Source of the DNA: an uncultured Clostridia bacterium
GTDB taxonomy: Bacteria; Bacillota; Clostridia; Oscillospirales; CAG-272
Length of the DNA: 64,000 nt
Direction of reading: 5' to 3'
Assembly: GCA_944391805.1 (NCBI GenBank)
Contig: CALXUY010000065.1
Location: 3,437 to 67,436 of the forward strand
Below, one piece after another: positions 18,525-27,819 of this stretch. The notes under the pieces were generated by a model that was not told the DNA's origin, searched no databases, and saw only the letters and a list, made by a program, of their open reading frames with translations. How positions within the stretch are numbered: position 1 is the stretch's first letter; every line of letters begins with the position of its first letter. Both the position numbers and the translations under genes were made by a program.

Positions 18525-19114
18525 AAGACCTCGAAGGGAGGGCACCTCTTGAAAGAGGCGCCCTCCCTCCGAGCCTCCCACCTCCGAGAACTTCCCCGGC
18601 ACAGGCTCCGGTTTTGGAATTTGCTTGTGGAAAAGCGGTGGCTGTGGAGCCTGCACCGGGAAAGCCCTGCTCGGGGCAGGCGCGGTTTCGGGCTTCGGGG
18701 GATCGCATATGGTTATCCGGCGATCATCCTTTGATTGGGCTTGACAGTCGCTTTTGAACCGTGAAACGGACATGCCGCAAACGGCAGGTGCCCGTTTTTT
18801 TGTTTTCCAATCGTGCTTTGCCGGCATCCGACGGCAGGAAGTGCGGAAAGTCCGGTTTTTGTTCTGCGTTCGCTGTGTGCTTTGGTCGGTACCGCTCCGG
18901 GCAAGCAAGCGGTACTTTGAAGCGGCCATGCGCCCACGCTCATCATTCCGCTGTCTGCCTCTCCTGAACGGGATTTTCCCCGATGCTGCCCCTGTCGGCT
19001 GATTCTCGCATATCGGTATGCAAAAGCCGGGGCAGCATCGGGGAAAGTTCTCGGGGGAGGGAGGCTTGGAGGGAGGACGGCCTCTTTCAAGAGGCGCCCT
19101 CCCTCCAAGGTCTT
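18525..19114. repeat. Inverted pair of ~90-bp REP-like palindromic units (REPIN/MITE-like element)
   Basis: 18525-18615 (AAGACCTCGAAGGGAGGGCACCTCTTGAAAGAGGCGCCCTCCCTCCGAGCCTCCC...GAGAACTT) is a near reverse complement of 19021-19114. Confidence 0.75.
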
Positions 19115-19123
19115 CATCTTCCA

Positions 19124-19489
19124 TCATTTCGGTTTCCCTCTGAAGATCAGGCAGGCAAGGTATCCGAACACCAGCGCGGCGGTGATGCCGCCGGCCGTGG
19201 CCTGGAGCGAGCCGGTCAGCGCGCCGAGCAGTCCCTGTTCGGCGATGGCCCGCTTGACCCCCTTGGAAATTGCGTAGCCGAAGCCGGTCAGCGGCGTGGT
19301 GGCTCCGGCACCCCCGAAGTCCACAATCGGCTGATACAGGCCGACCGCGCCGAGCAGAACGCCGGCTACCACGTATACCACCAGAATCCGGGCGGGAGTC
19401 AGTTTGGTTTTGTCGATCAGGATCTGCGCGATCACGCAGAAGCACCCGCCCACAAGGAAGGCGCGGAGATAAGGCAATATCATATCCAT
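19124..19489 (-). CDS. spoVAE: Stage V sporulation protein AE (SpoVAC/AEb family)
   Basis: AFLVGGCFCVIAQILIDKTKLTPARILV, GAGATTPLTGFG. Confidence 0.92.
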   Translation of the reverse strand: MDMILPYLRAFLVGGCFCVIAQILIDKTKLTPARILVVYVVAGVLLGAVGLYQPIVDFGGAGATTPLTGFGYAISKGVKRAIAEQGLLGALTGSLQATAGGITAALVFGYLACLIFRGKPK

Positions 19490-19493
19490 GGCG

Positions 19494-20519
19494 TCAGCTC
19501 CTTTCGGTTTTTGGCAATTTGGGGCTTTCCAGCTCGAGCAGATGAGCGATGGCAGGGATGTTTTCCCCCTGCTTGATGCTGTCCGGGCTCATCATAGCGC
19601 CGGTGCCGAGAAAGAGGATTCGTCCGAGCGCTCCGGACTGCAGCCGGGGCAGAAGATAGGCCGAGAGGACCACCGCCGAGCAGCCGCAGCCCGAGCCGCC
19701 GCCGTGCACATCCTGGCCCTTCCGATCGTAAATCAACTGGCCGCAGTCGGCGTAGCGGTCGGTGATGTCAATCCCCTTGGCGCGCAGGAGATCGCACAGG
19801 ATGCTTCCTCCCTCAAAGCCGAGGTCGCCGGTGACAATCAGGTCGTAGCGCTTGGGCGTGGCTCCGGTGGCGGACAGAAAGCGGCAGAGCGTGTCAGCCG
19901 CAGCCGGAGCCATCGCGGCGCCCATATTGTTTGCATCGTTTATCCCATATTCCTGCGCCTTGCCGGGCATTCCGGCGCGGATGCGCACCCGTTCGGGGTA
20001 GGCGTCGGACCGTCCGACGAGAAACGCGCCCGAGCCTGTCACCGTCCACTGTGCCGTGGGAGGACGTTGGGAGCCGTATTCCAAGGGCGTGCGGTACTGG
20101 CGCTCGGCGGAGCAGTAATGCGAGGAGGTCACGGCGCCGCAGAGGGAACAGGCCCCGTAGCTCACGGTCAGCGAGGCCAGCAGCAGCCCCTCGGCGCAGG
20201 TGGAGCAGGCGCCGTACAGCCCGAAATAGGGAATGTCAAAGCCAAGCAGGCCGTATGCCGAGCCGACGCATTGGTTGAGCAGGTCACCGGCGAACAGCGC
20301 GCCCACCTCCCGGTCGGTCATTTTGGCCTTGGAGAGCGCGATGTTAAAGGCCATGCGCTGCATTTCGCTCTCGGCGCCCTCCCATGTTTTTTTTCCGAAT
20401 TTGTCGCTTGCGTCGTGCAGGTCAAAGCAGCAGCCCAGCGGTCCCTCATGCTCTTTTTTGCCTACCGCGGAGCCGGACGCCACGACGGCTGCGTCCAGAC
20501 GCATCCATTCCTGATTCAT
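19494..20519 (-). CDS. spoVAD: Stage V sporulation protein AD
   Basis: VGKKEHEGPLG, GDLLNQC, GLYGACST, NNMGAAMAP, GGSGCGCS; ATG 20519 follows AGGAG. Confidence 0.93.
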   Translation of the reverse strand: MNQEWMRLDAAVVASGSAVGKKEHEGPLGCCFDLHDASDKFGKKTWEGAESEMQRMAFNIALSKAKMTDREVGALFAGDLLNQCVGSAYGLLGFDIPYFGLYGACSTCAEGLLLASLTVSYGACSLCGAVTSSHYCSAERQYRTPLEYGSQRPPTAQWTVTGSGAFLVGRSDAYPERVRIRAGMPGKAQEYGINDANNMGAAMAPAAADTLCRFLSATGATPKRYDLIVTGDLGFEGGSILCDLLRAKGIDITDRYADCGQLIYDRKGQDVHGGGSGCGCSAVVLSAYLLPRLQSGALGRILFLGTGAMMSPDSIKQGENIPAIAHLLELESPKLPKTERS

Positions 20520-20554
20520 GCAAAGCTCTCCTGTGCAATCCATCGATTTTTTGT

Positions 20555-20583
20555 TATTATGTGCGTTTCCGCTTGCATTATTC
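20555..20583 (-). promoter_or_regulatory. Forespore sigma-G/F-type promoter of spoVAD
   Basis: GAATA-17 bp-CATAATA on the minus strand matches GHATA-N17/18-CATAHTA. Confidence 0.65.
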
Positions 20584-20703
20584 CGCCCGATGTGGTACAA
20601 TAATATTTGATCAAAAACTGCGAAAAAAAATTGCGGCGGCAGCCGCGCGGCAAAGCGTGTGCGGCGCCGTTTCGATAGACAAGAGAGAAATGAGGAGGCA
20701 TGT

Positions 20704-21579
20704 ATGCTGTATACCATTCAGAATCAGAATTTGACGGTAGTCCTGTCGGACCATGGCGCAGAGCTGCAGTCGGTACAGAGCACAGACGGAACCGAGTGGC
20801 TCTGGCAGGGAGACCCCGCGTATTGGGAGCGCCGCGCGCCTGTCCTGTTCCCGCACTGCGGGCGTTTCTGGAACAATCTGGTCACTGCCTATGGCGTGCC
20901 CTGCAATCCCGGAATGCACGGATTCCTGCGGGATCAGCCGACCGTGGCGGAGGAGGTGAGCGGAAGCTCGATTGTCTTCCGGCAGACCGAGAATTCCGAA
21001 ACGCTGGGGCGCTATCCCTTCCCGTACGAGGTGCGTATTTGCTATGCGCTGGAGGAGGATACGATCACGGTGCGCGGCGAAATCAAAAACACCGGAACCC
21101 GCACCATGCCATACGGATACGGCGGGCATCCCGGCTTCCGCGTCCCGTTCGCGGGGGGAGACCTGGAGGATTACTACATCCGGTTCTGTGATAAGAGCGG
21201 AGCTGAGGCGCTTTGCTTTGATGCCGACAACTGCTTTATCACCGGGGGCTCGCGGCCGTTTCCGCTGCGGGACGGAGACCGCTTTGACCTGTGCGAGGAC
21301 TTTTTTGCCAACGGCTCCACCTTTTTGTGCCATATGCCGCCCGAGGTCACGCTGATGACCGACCGATCCGGTCGGCATATCACCCTGCGCTATCCCGGAT
21401 TCCCGTATCTCGGACTTTGGAAGGCGCCGGGCGGGGCGTTTCTGTGCATCGAGCCGTGGTGCAGTCTGCCCGCAACCAGTGGGCAGAGCACCGAGCTGAC
21501 CGAAAAAAGCGATCTGCTCCGCCTGGAGCCGGGACAGACCCATACACACACCTATTCCATGCAGTTTTCTGTAAGATAA
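20704..21579 (+). CDS. Aldose 1-epimerase family (LacX-like mutarotase)
   Basis: GAELQS, WQGDP..W..RAPVLFP, HGF, GGHPGF, FLCIEPW; RBS GAGGAGG. Confidence 0.9.
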   Translation: MLYTIQNQNLTVVLSDHGAELQSVQSTDGTEWLWQGDPAYWERRAPVLFPHCGRFWNNLVTAYGVPCNPGMHGFLRDQPTVAEEVSGSSIVFRQTENSETLGRYPFPYEVRICYALEEDTITVRGEIKNTGTRTMPYGYGGHPGFRVPFAGGDLEDYYIRFCDKSGAEALCFDADNCFITGGSRPFPLRDGDRFDLCEDFFANGSTFLCHMPPEVTLMTDRSGRHITLRYPGFPYLGLWKAPGGAFLCIEPWCSLPATSGQSTELTEKSDLLRLEPGQTHTHTYSMQFSVR

Positions 21580-21595
21580 GAGAGGAGAGAACGGT

Positions 21596-22366
21596 ATGCT
21601 CACACCCGAACGCAAGCCCTTTCACATTCCGACCGAACGGGGGAAGGTCGGCAGATATTGTATTTTGCCCGGCGCGCCCGAACGGGTGCCGTTCATCGCA
21701 TCCATGCTTGATCGGCCCGAACACATCGGCGCCAACCGGGAGTTCACGGTCTGGAACGGCTGGCTGGGGGAGACGCTTGTCACGGTCTGCTCCACCGGAA
21801 TCGGAGGTCCCTCCGCCGCCATCGCCGCCGAGGAGCTGGCCGACTGCGGGGCGGACACCATGATCCGCGTGGGAACCTGCGGGGGCATCGCGCTGCCGGT
21901 GCGGAGCGGGGATGTGGTGATTGCGTCCGGCGCGGTCCGGCAGGACGGTACCTCGCACGAGTATGCGCCGCCGGAATTTCCGGCCGTGGCCGACGCGCGG
22001 GTGCTCATGGCGCTGGTGCGGGCTGCGGAGGCTGAGCGGCTGTCCTTCCACGTCGGTGTGGTGCAGAGCAAGGATTCGTTTTACGGTCAGCATTCGCCCG
22101 ACCGGATGCCGGTTGCATCGGCGCTGCACGAAAAATGGGAGGCGTGGCGGCGCTTGGGCGTGCTGGCAAGCGAAATGGAGGCCGCGGCGCTTTTCACGGT
22201 GGGGGCGTCCCGCGGGCTGCGGATGGGCGCGGTTTTTCATGTGATCTGGAACCAGGAGCGCGCGGCCGCGGGGCTGGATACAGACGCACAGGAGAGTCAC
22301 GATACCGCACGCGCCGTGCGCACGGCCGTGGCCGCTGTACGGCTGCTGGCACAGGCCGATGGCTGA
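21596..22366 (+). CDS. udp: Uridine phosphorylase
   Basis: STGIGGPSAAIAAEEL, IRVGTCGG, DSFYGQH, SEMEAA. Confidence 0.92.
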   Translation: MLTPERKPFHIPTERGKVGRYCILPGAPERVPFIASMLDRPEHIGANREFTVWNGWLGETLVTVCSTGIGGPSAAIAAEELADCGADTMIRVGTCGGIALPVRSGDVVIASGAVRQDGTSHEYAPPEFPAVADARVLMALVRAAEAERLSFHVGVVQSKDSFYGQHSPDRMPVASALHEKWEAWRRLGVLASEMEAAALFTVGASRGLRMGAVFHVIWNQERAAAGLDTDAQESHDTARAVRTAVAAVRLLAQADG

Positions 22367-22454
22367 AGCATCCCCAGTATATGGAACTGTTTCCGAAATT
22401 CGGCGGGGAAAGCAGAAAATGCTTAAAAATTTTTGGAAAAATCCGAAAAGAACA

Positions 22455-22483
22455 TTGACAAGTATTTCTTTCTATGCTACAAT
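22455..22483 (+). promoter_or_regulatory. Sigma-A promoter
   Basis: TTGACA-17 bp-TACAAT with TG extension, ~200 nt upstream of the SH3 lipoprotein gene. Confidence 0.75.
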
Positions 22484-22681
22484 ATTAGGTAGACACTTTT
22501 GAATGTTACGGGAGGTTCCGCAAAGAGCGCCGCAAGGCAACCGGCGCCTCGCTTTTTTGTGCGGCGGCCGGCGTTTTGCAAGAGAAGACCGCCTTCAGGC
22601 CGGGGTCGTCCGGATGATGGAGCCGTCCCGATGAAGATTGTTTCGGAAAACAGATTGATTGCGAAAGGATGTAGAGAATTC

Positions 22682-24202
22682 ATGAATATCAAAAAAAATA
22701 TCAGCCTGATGATTCTGGCAGGCGTTTTGGCGGCAAGCCTTGCCTCCTGTGCAGTGTCCTCCGATAAGGAAGGCGACCAGACGCAGGGAAGCGTTGAGCC
22801 GCCCCAGTATACAACAGGCGGGGGAGGGGATATCACACTTCCGACGACCGATCCCGAGGATGTGACCTATGAGACACGCAACGAGACGGTGTACGTGATC
22901 TCGAAAAATGCCACCTTCCGGCAGGTCAGCGACACTACCCAGACCGCCAAGTTCGGCCTGATTACCGAGATGACCCGCACCGGCTACAGCAGCTCCTGGA
23001 GCAAGGTGCAGTATGAGGGAACCGAGTACTATGTTGCCACTAGTGCGCTGACGGCGGACGATTTGCTTGGCAAGTCCTTTACCTCTTGTAACAAAACGAT
23101 GTATGCGACAACAGACAATTTGAATGTCCGTAAATATGCCTCTGCGGAGAATAGTTTTTCCACCAGCTTGACCACTCTTGACAAAGATGATGCAGTAACG
23201 GTGATAGCGGAAGGCGAGACAGCGGAAGGCGAGACTTGGTGCAAGGTGGAAGTCAAGGATGGTTCCTCTACGATTACTGGGTATGTCAACTCTAAATATC
23301 TGAGTGACAGCAAAGTTGGGGATTTTCTCAAATATTTTGAGGATCTGGATGAGCCTATAACCATGTATGTTGCTACGGATCATGCAAATATGCGTGAAAT
23401 GCCGTATGCGGATGATCGTGGTACGATCGTGATTTTGGAAGGCGATCAATATAAAAATGGATTGCCAAAGGGAACCGCAGTAAAGGTTGTGGCCAAAGGA
23501 ACAGTGGAGAATGTCCGGTGGTGTGCAGTGGAGTGGAAGGCAAGCGCCGGCAGCCCTGCACGGCAGTACTACATTGCAGAAAGCACACTGACAACTGATC
23601 CCGGCCCTTCGGCGTCGTTGGAGGATATTCTTGCTGCATATCCGGAACTGGAAGAATATGACGAGGCAAAAACGCTTTACATCAACAATACAGTGGAAGG
23701 GGAGGCATTTGGACGTTCCACCCCCACAAGGGAAAATCTGGATAATGTTGTCAAACTCCTTCGCAGCAAGGATGCTGTGACAGCGTATGCTGTGGGAACC
23801 ATTGTGGGCGAAACCTCGGAAGGAAAAGCAGAGAGCCGGACTTGGTGCTTAGTACAGGACGAGGAAGTAGGGTTTTACTTTGTATCATATGATATTCTGA
23901 CAACCAATTCGGACGGAACTCCCGAAGTCATTCCGGTGTCTCTTGATGAACTGATTAAAAATTATGGATTTGAGGAAGTGACGTCCAATCCGCCGATGGA
24001 GGCAATAGAGGATGTGCACCCGTGGAGCGCACCGGACAGCAGTGGAACAGAATTGAGCAATGTGACCATCTCTGCCGGAACGACAGTTACGGTTCGTGCA
24101 AAGGGAACAACAGTGGATGGTTCTGTAGAAAATAAATGGTATATTATCGAGTATAACGGAAATTTCTATTTTGTGATTCAGGACGCATTCGAAATTGCTT
24201 AA
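22682..24202 (+). CDS. Lipoprotein with tandem bacterial SH3-like domains
   Basis: Lipobox LASC; repeated SH3b-like motifs (WSKVQYEGTEYYV, LNVRKY...WCKV...GYVNSKYL, WCAVEW, WCLVQ, WYIIEYNG); no catalytic domain recognised. Confidence 0.75.
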   Translation: MNIKKNISLMILAGVLAASLASCAVSSDKEGDQTQGSVEPPQYTTGGGGDITLPTTDPEDVTYETRNETVYVISKNATFRQVSDTTQTAKFGLITEMTRTGYSSSWSKVQYEGTEYYVATSALTADDLLGKSFTSCNKTMYATTDNLNVRKYASAENSFSTSLTTLDKDDAVTVIAEGETAEGETWCKVEVKDGSSTITGYVNSKYLSDSKVGDFLKYFEDLDEPITMYVATDHANMREMPYADDRGTIVILEGDQYKNGLPKGTAVKVVAKGTVENVRWCAVEWKASAGSPARQYYIAESTLTTDPGPSASLEDILAAYPELEEYDEAKTLYINNTVEGEAFGRSTPTRENLDNVVKLLRSKDAVTAYAVGTIVGETSEGKAESRTWCLVQDEEVGFYFVSYDILTTNSDGTPEVIPVSLDELIKNYGFEEVTSNPPMEAIEDVHPWSAPDSSGTELSNVTISAGTTVTVRAKGTTVDGSVENKWYIIEYNGNFYFVIQDAFEIA

Positions 24203-24213
24203 GGTATAAAATA

Positions 24214-24251
24214 ACTGGGCGGCTGCTTTTTTCAGCAGCCACCCAGCTTTT
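24214..24251. terminator. Terminator between convergent genes
   Basis: CTGGGCGGCTGCT...AGCAGCCACCCAG hairpin followed by CTTTT. Confidence 0.65.
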
Positions 24252-24252
24252 C

Positions 24253-25587
24253 CTACTTTGTTTTCCGCCGCGCCGCCTCCAGCAGCGCGGTTTTTTCGTT
24301 TGGCAGACGGCCGTCCACAACGGCGTCCAGCAACGTGCGCAGCAGCGCACCCATCCGTGGACCGGGCGGAATGCCCAGCGCCAGCAGGTCGTCCCCCTTC
24401 ACGGCTAAGGTTTTCAGGGAAAGGCAGGCTCCCTCGGCCCGGATCTGCTCCACAAGGAGCGGGATTTGGGCCAGGGCAGGGGAGGGGACGTCATAGCCCG
24501 GCGCGTGGGCAAGCCGGTCGCAGCGGGCAACCTCCAAAAGGCAGTACAGCTCGTGCTCGGTCAGCTTTTGCAGCAGCCGCTTGACCTGCCGCAGCTCGGC
24601 CTTCAGAGGGAAATCGTGCATCCGCACCAGCTTTTTCACGCTCTCCTGCGTGGCATTGTCGTAGCGCAGGCGCTGCATGATCTGCTCGGCAAGCTGTACG
24701 CTGATCTCCGCGTGTCCGCGGAAGTGGCCGCCCTTTTCGTCCTCGGTGTAGGTGGCGGGCTTGCCGATGTCGTGCAGCAGAATGGTCAGCCGCACCAAAA
24801 GCTCCGGCGAGCTTGTCTCGTCCAGCGCGCGCAGCGTATGCTCCCATACGTCGTAGCAGTGATAGCGCGAGTTCTGCGCAAAGCCGACGCAGGGCGCCAG
24901 CTCCGGCATGATCTGCAGCGCCACATCGGTGAACTCCCGCAGAATCCCGGCGGCGCGCCTGCCGCACAGCAGTCGGTTCAGCTCCTCCCGCACACGCTCC
25001 CGCGCAATGTTGTCGAGCAGCGCCCGGCAGGCGTGAACCTGCGAAGCGGTTTCTTCCGCAATCGAAAAATCCAGCGCCGAGGCGAAGCGCACGGCGCGCA
25101 GAATGCGCAGCCCGTCCTCCTCAAAGCGCGTGCGGGGATCTCCCACACAGCGGATCACACGCGCGCGCAGATCCGAGAGACCGCCGAACAGGTCCACCAG
25201 CCCCCGCTCCGGGTGGTAGGCCATGGCGTTCACGGTAAAATCCCTGCGCGAGAGGTCGTCCGACAGCGTCCGCGAAAAAGTGACCTCCACCGGGTGCCGG
25301 TTGTCGGCGTAGGCGCCGTCCCGGCGATAGGTGGTGATCTCCAGTGCCTCTCCCCCGATCAGCACTGTCACGGTTCCGTGCCGGATGCCGGTTTCAATCA
25401 CCCGGCAGTCTCCAAAGCAGGCCGCCGTTTCCTCCGGAAGCGCGCTGGTTGTCAGGTCCCAGTCATGCGCAGCCCGTCCCAGCAGCGCGTCCCGCACACA
25501 TCCCCCAACCGCATAGGCCTCAAAGCCCTGCTCCTCCAGCCGCCGCAGCGCCGCGGCCGCACCGGCCGATAATGTGATTCGGTTCAT
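24253..25587 (-). CDS. cca: CCA tRNA nucleotidyltransferase with HD domain
   Basis: VGGCVRD, DWD, RRDFTVNAMA, EDGLRILRAVRF, ERVREE, LHDIGKP. Confidence 0.9.
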   Translation of the reverse strand: MNRITLSAGAAAALRRLEEQGFEAYAVGGCVRDALLGRAAHDWDLTTSALPEETAACFGDCRVIETGIRHGTVTVLIGGEALEITTYRRDGAYADNRHPVEVTFSRTLSDDLSRRDFTVNAMAYHPERGLVDLFGGLSDLRARVIRCVGDPRTRFEEDGLRILRAVRFASALDFSIAEETASQVHACRALLDNIARERVREELNRLLCGRRAAGILREFTDVALQIMPELAPCVGFAQNSRYHCYDVWEHTLRALDETSSPELLVRLTILLHDIGKPATYTEDEKGGHFRGHAEISVQLAEQIMQRLRYDNATQESVKKLVRMHDFPLKAELRQVKRLLQKLTEHELYCLLEVARCDRLAHAPGYDVPSPALAQIPLLVEQIRAEGACLSLKTLAVKGDDLLALGIPPGPRMGALLRTLLDAVVDGRLPNEKTALLEAARRKTK

Positions 25588-25680
25588 GTGTGTCTCCTTT
25601 CTGCGGTGGTGAAATGCCTGCGCCGTTCCGTCAGCAAATCAGGACCAGCGGGTCGGGGTGAATGCCTGCGCCTGCACGGG

Positions 25681-26202
25681 TCAGAACGTGTCCGACCGGA
25701 ATATCCGTTTCCCGTATCTCCTGAGCGCAAACAGCAGGACCATACCCAGCACGTAGGCCGAGAGGATCTCGCCAATACCGACCGTCAGCATCAGATAGGG
25801 GATGCCGCCCTCCGCATGGTAGGCATAGGCCAGGATGAAGGGGACAATGATGATATTGGCCGCCACGGTGGGAAGCGGAGCCAGCCACGGAGAGAGGCGG
25901 CGCAGCAGCCAGGCGCCGAGCGCGCCGAGCAGAGTGGCGACGGGGCCGAACAGGATGTCCTGCCAGACGCACCCGGTCAGAAGATTGGAGAGCAGGCAGC
26001 CGACGGTCAGACCGGGAATGGCGGCGGGCATAAAAACGGGAAGGATGCACAGTGCCTCCGAAATGCGGAACTGAATGGCGCCGTTGGCAAGGCCGAACGC
26101 GCCGATCAGGCAGGTCAGAACGGTGTAGAGCGCGGCGACAATGCCGGCCTGGCAGATGTAGCGGATCCTTCCACGATGGGATCGGAACGATGCGGTGTTC
26201 AT
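25681..26202 (-). CDS. queT: QueT queuosine-precursor transporter
   Basis: AALYTVLT, IQFRISEAL, PGLTVGCLLSN; preQ1 riboswitch directly upstream. Confidence 0.9.
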   Translation of the reverse strand: MNTASFRSHRGRIRYICQAGIVAALYTVLTCLIGAFGLANGAIQFRISEALCILPVFMPAAIPGLTVGCLLSNLLTGCVWQDILFGPVATLLGALGAWLLRRLSPWLAPLPTVAANIIIVPFILAYAYHAEGGIPYLMLTVGIGEILSAYVLGMVLLFALRRYGKRIFRSDTF

Positions 26203-26210
26203 TTTGTTTT

Positions 26211-26254
26211 CTCCTTAGTTTTGTTTAACGTGAGGATGGTTACGAACTCACGTT
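26211..26254 (-). ncRNA. PreQ1 class I riboswitch
   Basis: AACGUGAG-UUCGUAACCAUC-CUCACGUU-AAACAAAACUAAGGAG: P1 stem, conserved loop and an A-rich tail overlapping the queT SD. Confidence 0.92.
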
Positions 26255-26417
26255 TGCCCGCCTACGGGCAGGGCGGAATCGGGTGAGCGGTATACGCGCC
26301 TTCCGCAGAGCGGCATACCGAGAGCTGCGCTCCTGCCCGGGGGGGGGATTGGGAGGCAGCCCGCCGCCGGCAGCTTTTACAGCGCCGGGCTTGGGGATAT
26401 GTGTCCCGATCGGCGCC

Positions 26418-27698
26418 CTACAGGCATTGCGCAATGGCGTCGGTCAGTGAGCGGTAGAGGTAGAGCGAGCCGAGGCAGATCAGGGGCCGCCCCTCGGCGC
26501 GGGAGTCGGCGATGGCGGTGCGCACGCAGTCGGCAAGACTGTCAAACGCACGGGCAGGGATGCGGTGCGCCTCAAAGTGCGCGGCGTATTCGTCGGCGGG
26601 CAGCGCACGCGGATTTTCGGGTGTGACGGTATAAGCGCAGGCGGCAATCGGCCGCATGGCCTCAATCATGCCGTCATAGTCCTTATCCGCCATGACGCCT
26701 GTCAGAATATTGACCTTTTGCTCGGGGAAATATTCACGCACGCTCCGAACGGCAAAGGCCACGCCCTGCGGGTTGTGCGAACCGTCAAAAACAATGACCG
26801 GATCGCTGCCGTGCAGCAGCTCAAAGCGGCCTTCCCAGCGCACGGTGGCAAGTCCTTTCCGAATTGCCCGTTCGGGGATGCGCAGATCGCCCTGCCGGTT
26901 CAGAATTTCCATTGCCGTGAGCACGGTTGCGGCGTTTCCGGGCTGATAGGTGCCCAGCAGAGGCAGATGCAGCGCGTGCCATTCCCCAAAGTCGAACTCG
27001 GTTCCGGTCAGCGAATAGCTGCCGACCCGCAGGCGGCTGCTGTCCACGGTGTAAAATCTGGAGCGGCGGCCTGCCGCAATGGCGGTCAGGGTGGCGCAGG
27101 CAGAGTCGTCGCTCCCACCGTACAGCGCGGGGTGCCCCGGCTTGATGATCCCTCCCTTTTCGGCCGCAATGGCCTGAAGGGTGTTGCCGAGCAGCTCGGT
27201 ATGGTCGAAATCGATGCCGGTGATAACTGCGAGCAGGGGATCCTTGATGACGTTGGTGGGGTCCAGTCGGCCGCCCAGCCCCACCTCCAGCACCACAAGG
27301 TTCACCCTGCATCGCCGGAAATATTCAAACCCGACAGCGGTGATCAGCTCGAATTCACCCGGAGGAGTGGGCAGGCGGTCGGCCTGTTCCCTGACAAGCT
27401 CCGTGATTTCGGCTAGCGCCTCCGGCGGGATCGGCTGACCGTCCACGCGGATGCGCTCCTCAAATTCCCGGATGAACGGAGATGTAAAAAGCCCTGTCCG
27501 GTAGCCTGCCGCACGCAGAATCGAGTCCGCCATGGCGCAAAAGCTGCCTTTGCCGTTGGTACCGGCCACATGAATGCAGCGGTAGGCGTTTTGCGGGTTG
27601 CCCATCGCGGACAGCAGCGCACGGATGTGATCGAGGTTTGGGTGCCCCGGATTGTGGCGCAGGGAGTGAATATAGCGCAGGGCTTCTTGATGTGTCAT
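26418..27698 (-). CDS. folC: Folylpolyglutamate/dihydrofolate synthase (copy 2)
   Basis: HVAGTNGKGS, FTSP, EVGLGGRLDPTN, IDFDH, GRFE, DGSHNP, GSLYL. Confidence 0.93.
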   Translation of the reverse strand: MTHQEALRYIHSLRHNPGHPNLDHIRALLSAMGNPQNAYRCIHVAGTNGKGSFCAMADSILRAAGYRTGLFTSPFIREFEERIRVDGQPIPPEALAEITELVREQADRLPTPPGEFELITAVGFEYFRRCRVNLVVLEVGLGGRLDPTNVIKDPLLAVITGIDFDHTELLGNTLQAIAAEKGGIIKPGHPALYGGSDDSACATLTAIAAGRRSRFYTVDSSRLRVGSYSLTGTEFDFGEWHALHLPLLGTYQPGNAATVLTAMEILNRQGDLRIPERAIRKGLATVRWEGRFELLHGSDPVIVFDGSHNPQGVAFAVRSVREYFPEQKVNILTGVMADKDYDGMIEAMRPIAACAYTVTPENPRALPADEYAAHFEAHRIPARAFDSLADCVRTAIADSRAEGRPLICLGSLYLYRSLTDAIAQCL

Positions 27699-27819
27699 GA
27701 TTCAGTTCTTCCTCATTGTAAGTAAATTTGAACAGGGGGAAGGGAAATACACAGGCAGCTCCGGCCGCGATGCGTGCGGCAGGCCTTGGAAACCGAAATG
27801 CTCCGCAGGAATCACGGGA

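Noticed and set aside
26339-26347. G9 tract between folC and the preQ1 riboswitch
   Set aside because: Intergenic and not within a recognisable promoter spacer; no evidence of phase variation.
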